A stretch of 64,000 nt of DNA, from the NCBI RefSeq assembly GCF_018350175.1, contig NC_058368.1:195550001-195614000 (forward strand). The letters are read 5' to 3'. The stretch comes from Felis catus (taxonomy: Eukaryota). Position 1 is the stretch's first letter, and every line of letters begins with the position of its first letter. Shown one piece after another: positions 60,386-64,000 of the stretch. The notes beneath the pieces are model-generated. The model was not told where the DNA came from and ran no database searches. It saw only the letters and a program-made list of their open reading frames with translations. The position numbers were made by a program, and so were the translations under genes.

Positions 60386-60553
60386 GGGGCACCTGGGTGG
60401 CTCAGTCAGTTGAGCATCTGACTCTTGGTTTTGGCTCAGGTCATGATCTCACAGTTCATGAGATCGAGCCCTGCATCAGGCTCTGTGCTGACAGCACAGA
60501 ACCTGCTTGGGATTCTCTCTGTCCCTCTTTCTCTGCCTCTTCCTTGCTCATGC

Positions 60554-60607
<54 letters not shown>

Positions 60608-60640
60608 AAAAGAAACATTTAAAAACAACAAAAACAAAAA
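60386..60640 (+). mobile_element. SINEC with expanded (CT)n
   Basis: Long TSD ttgaaggc(g/a)tttggtctg(t/c)aga. Confidence 0.92.
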
Positions 60641-60788
60641 TTGAAGGCATTTGGTCTGCAGAACCAGGTTCCTCCTAGAAAGATAATGTATATCAGTACT
60701 TGGCACTGTTTTACACCTTCTCCTTCCCACACTGTACCCTGGGTGTCTAGCACACCCCCGAGCTCTCGGAAGTCCGGGTCTGTTATTA

Positions 60789-60790
<2 letters not shown>

Positions 60791-60845
<55 letters not shown>

Positions 60846-60849
60846 CGCG
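60791..60849. repeat. (GT)n(GC)n compound microsatellite
   Basis: Direct reading. Confidence 0.95.
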
Positions 60850-61009
60850 GTGTTCACCTGTTGCCCCATAGGGATTGTCGATAGCCTCCTTTCCATCCTC
60901 CCCATGTTCCAGTTTGAGCAACAAATAATAGAGGCAATCTAATTACTGGAGACTCAGAGTGAAGAATTGGTGCCAGTTTGGGATACCTCAGTCCCCAGGC
61001 TATTATTTG

Positions 61010-62620
61010 TTAATATAACAGTTCTATTGAAATATAATTTGTATACCATACTATTGACCCACTTAAAGCCTATGCTTCAGTGACTTTTAGCATCTTCACA
61101 GATTGAATGCAACCATCACCACCATCAATTTTAGGACATTTCATCACCCCCCAAAGAAACTCTGTACATGTTGTACTTATTTCTCATTTCCTCCCAACGC
61201 TCCAGCCCTGAGTCACCACTAACTTACTTTCTGTTTCTATAGATTCACCCATTCTACACATTTCATATAAGTGGTGCCATACAATATGTGGCCCTTTGTG
61301 ACTGGTGTCTTTCACTTAGTATGTTCAGTGTTCATCCACGTTTATCATATATCAGTACTTTATTCCTTCCCACTGCCAAATAATGTTTCATTGTATGTAT
61401 ATATCACCTTTTTTTTAAGTTTATGTATTCATTTTGAGAGAGGGAGAGAAAAAGAGCACATGTTTGGGGGGGGAAGGATGGGGGCGGAGAGAGAAAGAGA
61501 GAATCCCAAGCAGGCTCCGAGTTGCACAGACCCTGATCTCGAGAACTGAGAGATCATGACCTGACCCGAAATCCAGAGTCAGACGCTTAACTAACTAAAC
61601 CATCTAGGCACCCCATGTTTTTTTTTTAATCCATTCATCAGCTAACTGACATTTGGGTTATTTCCACTTTGGGGCTATGCAGAATAATGCTGCTTGCTAT
61701 AAACACATGTATGTGTTTGCTTTAGAAAATTTTTTTAATGTTTGTTTATTTTTGAGAGACAGAGACAGAGCACGAGTGGGGGAGGGGCAGAGAGAAGGGA
61801 GACACAGAATCCCAAGAGGCTCCAGGCCCTGAGTTGTCAGCCCAGAGCTCAACGCAAGGCTCAAACTCATGAATCATGAGATCATGACCTGAGCTGAAGT
61901 TGGGCACTTAACCAACTGAGCCACCCAGATGCCCCACATGTATACATGTTTGTGTGTGCACATATTTTCATGTCTCTTAGGTACATAGGAGTGGAATTGC
62001 TGGGTCCTATGATAGCTGTATGTTTAACTTTTGGAGGAACTTCCCAGATTGATTTTTGCCCGAAGTAGCTAGGCTAATAAGGAAAAGCCTTTGTGTCAAA
62101 TGTTTGGAAAATTATTTTAGCATCCCACTGCATTTTTCATATTACACATATTACTGTCTTAAAGATGCTTTGAAAAAACAAATATGTCTGGGGTCCCCTG
62201 GCTCAAATAAATGAAAAATGACACGTCAGATTCTTTTGAAAAGAATGCTAGCATTTTTAGCACCACTTTTTAAAAATTGTGGTGAGAGGCACATAACACA
62301 TAATAAAACATGACACATAGTAAAAGTTGCCGTCTCAACCATTTTTAAGTATACAGTTCAGTGACGTCAAGGACATCCACGGTGTTGTGCAACCATCACC
62401 ACCAGCCCTCTCCAGAACCCTTTTCATCTTGTAAAACTGAAACTGTGTGCTCATTAAACAGTAACTGCCCATCCCCCTCCCCCTGCCCCGGCAACCACCA
62501 TCATACCCTCTGTCCCTGTGAATCGCACTACGCTGGGGACCACGTGCAATTGCAATCAAACAGCATTTCCCTGTTTGTAACTGGCTTATGTCACTTTCCG
62601 TAATGTCCTCACGTTTCAGC
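61010..62620 (-). mobile_element. Old L1 3'-end fragments with inserted SINECs (61409-61614 -, 61730-61935 -)
   Basis: tgcaaccatcaccacc, gtggaattgctgggtc, tttaagtatacagttcagtg motifs. Confidence 0.75.
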
Positions 62621-62946
62621 CAAGTTTTTAATATAAAAAGGGGTGAATAAAAGCCAAAAGGATCCCATAATCCCAGTAGCCCCAACAACACCTATCTGAC
62701 ATTAAAAGAAAGCATAAAAAGAACGCATTTGCACATTGAGAAGATGTGAACATAAAATCTCCGGAAAAATAAAATGCACAGGCTTTCCCAGCCCTTGTCT
62801 TCAAAGGTAACCACTGTCCATCTTGACTTGTGCCTCTAGCTTGGCTTACCACCAAATACGTAAGTGTGACTGTGCATTTACCTTTCCTTAGCTAAACTTT
62901 TTTTTTTTTCCTAAAGATTGGCTTTCCAGGCCTTTTTTCCCCCTAA

Positions 62947-63147
62947 GTTTATTTGCTTATTTTGAGAGAGACAGAGAGAGAGCACAAGTGGAAGAGAAGC
63001 AGAGAGGGAGAGGGAGAGAGAGGATCCCAAGCAGGTTCCTCGTTGTCAGTGCAGAGGCCAATGCGGGGCTCGATCCCACAAACTGAGATCACAACCTGAG
63101 CCGAAACCAAGAGTCGGACACCTAACCACCTGAACCATCCAGGCACC
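62947..63147 (-). mobile_element. SINEC
   Basis: Reverse-complement consensus. Confidence 0.88.
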
Positions 63148-63400
63148 TCGCCCCCAGCCTTTTCTTAGCTAGATAAAAGGAACATTATTATACACATATG
63201 CTATCTTTAATTTTTTTGCTTAATTTAAAGGGAAACTCTCCTTATCAGTCTACTGTGCTGATGAGAGTTTCCCTTTAAATAATATTCTTTTTAATAGTTG
63301 CATGGATTTCCATTATTGGGTAGCCATAGTGTGCTTATCAAATCATCGGGCTATTAGTAGTTTCCAGTTTTTCTCTGTCACAAAGTTATGCTGCAGTGAC

Positions 63401-63472
63401 ATTATATTATATTATATTATATTATATTATATTATATTATATTATATTATATTATATTATATTATATTATAT
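63401..63472. repeat. (ATATT)n pentanucleotide microsatellite
   Basis: Direct reading. Confidence 0.95.
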
Positions 63473-63640
63473 CTTGAATGGCTTTGGCCAATCTATTGAT
63501 AAAGGCACACTCCTAGCCACATAACCGCTTGATCAAATGGCAGGTGCATTTAAAATTCTGAAAGACGTTGCCCATTTATATACCGGAAAGAGGTTTCTAC
63601 AGCATAAGGCTATTGTGAAGTTTATAAAGAGGATGGTTTT

Positions 63641-63852
63641 GGGGCGCCTGGGTGGCGCAGTCGGTTAAGCATCCGACTTCAGCCAGGTCACGATCTCACG
63701 GTCCGTGAGTTCGAGCCCCGCATCAGGCTCTGGGCCGATGGCTCGGAGCCTGGAGCCTGCTTCCGATTCTGTGTCTCCCTCTCTCTCTGCCCCTCCCCCA
63801 TTCATGCTCTGTCTCTCTCTGTCCCAAAAATAAATTAAAAAAAAAAAAAAAA
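63641..63852 (+). mobile_element. Young SINEC
   Basis: TSD aaagaggatggtttt. Confidence 0.94.
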
Positions 63853-64000
63853 AGAGGATGGTTTTGGTTTGCCCAATAGAAAAAAGTGGTCGGCAGAGTT
63901 TCAGGGAAACAGGCAAGGGCAAAACCCAGTCTAGGGAATACAGGGCTGGCTGTATTTTGTTCCCAGGCACTCCAGGGCGCTGCTGCTTGCCTAACAAAAT

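Noticed and set aside
5301..63997. Many short ORFs of the type MAQSV.../GAWVAQSV...
   Set aside because: They are translations of SINEC repeats, not genes; the tRNA-like heads are SINE-derived, not tRNA genes

Overview
Mammalian genomic DNA from a carnivore, very probably a cat or another felid, judged from dense SINEC/CAN-SINEs and a feline-type L1 3' end. Two divergently transcribed spliced genes are present. (1) ANXA6 (annexin A6) on the + strand has a CpG-island promoter and non-coding exon 1 at about 22 kb. Coding exons 2-20 (32650-58256) splice into 524 uninterrupted codons, and the gene continues past the window end. (2) On the - strand (1-9793) is an intact six-coding-exon gene for a signal-peptide, Ig-domain protein. 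It is clearly homologous to PDGFRL but too divergent to be the ortholog, so it looks like a second PDGFRL paralog. Its C-terminus runs off the window start. Other notable items: a 60-bp tandem duplication across an ANXA6 splice acceptor in which the upstream copy has lost its AG, convergent CTCF motifs, NF-kB motif clusters, a duplicated 57-bp intronic module, a compact hairpin, and several nested or chimeric retroelements. Family assignments come from recognition of the sequences; no database search was run.
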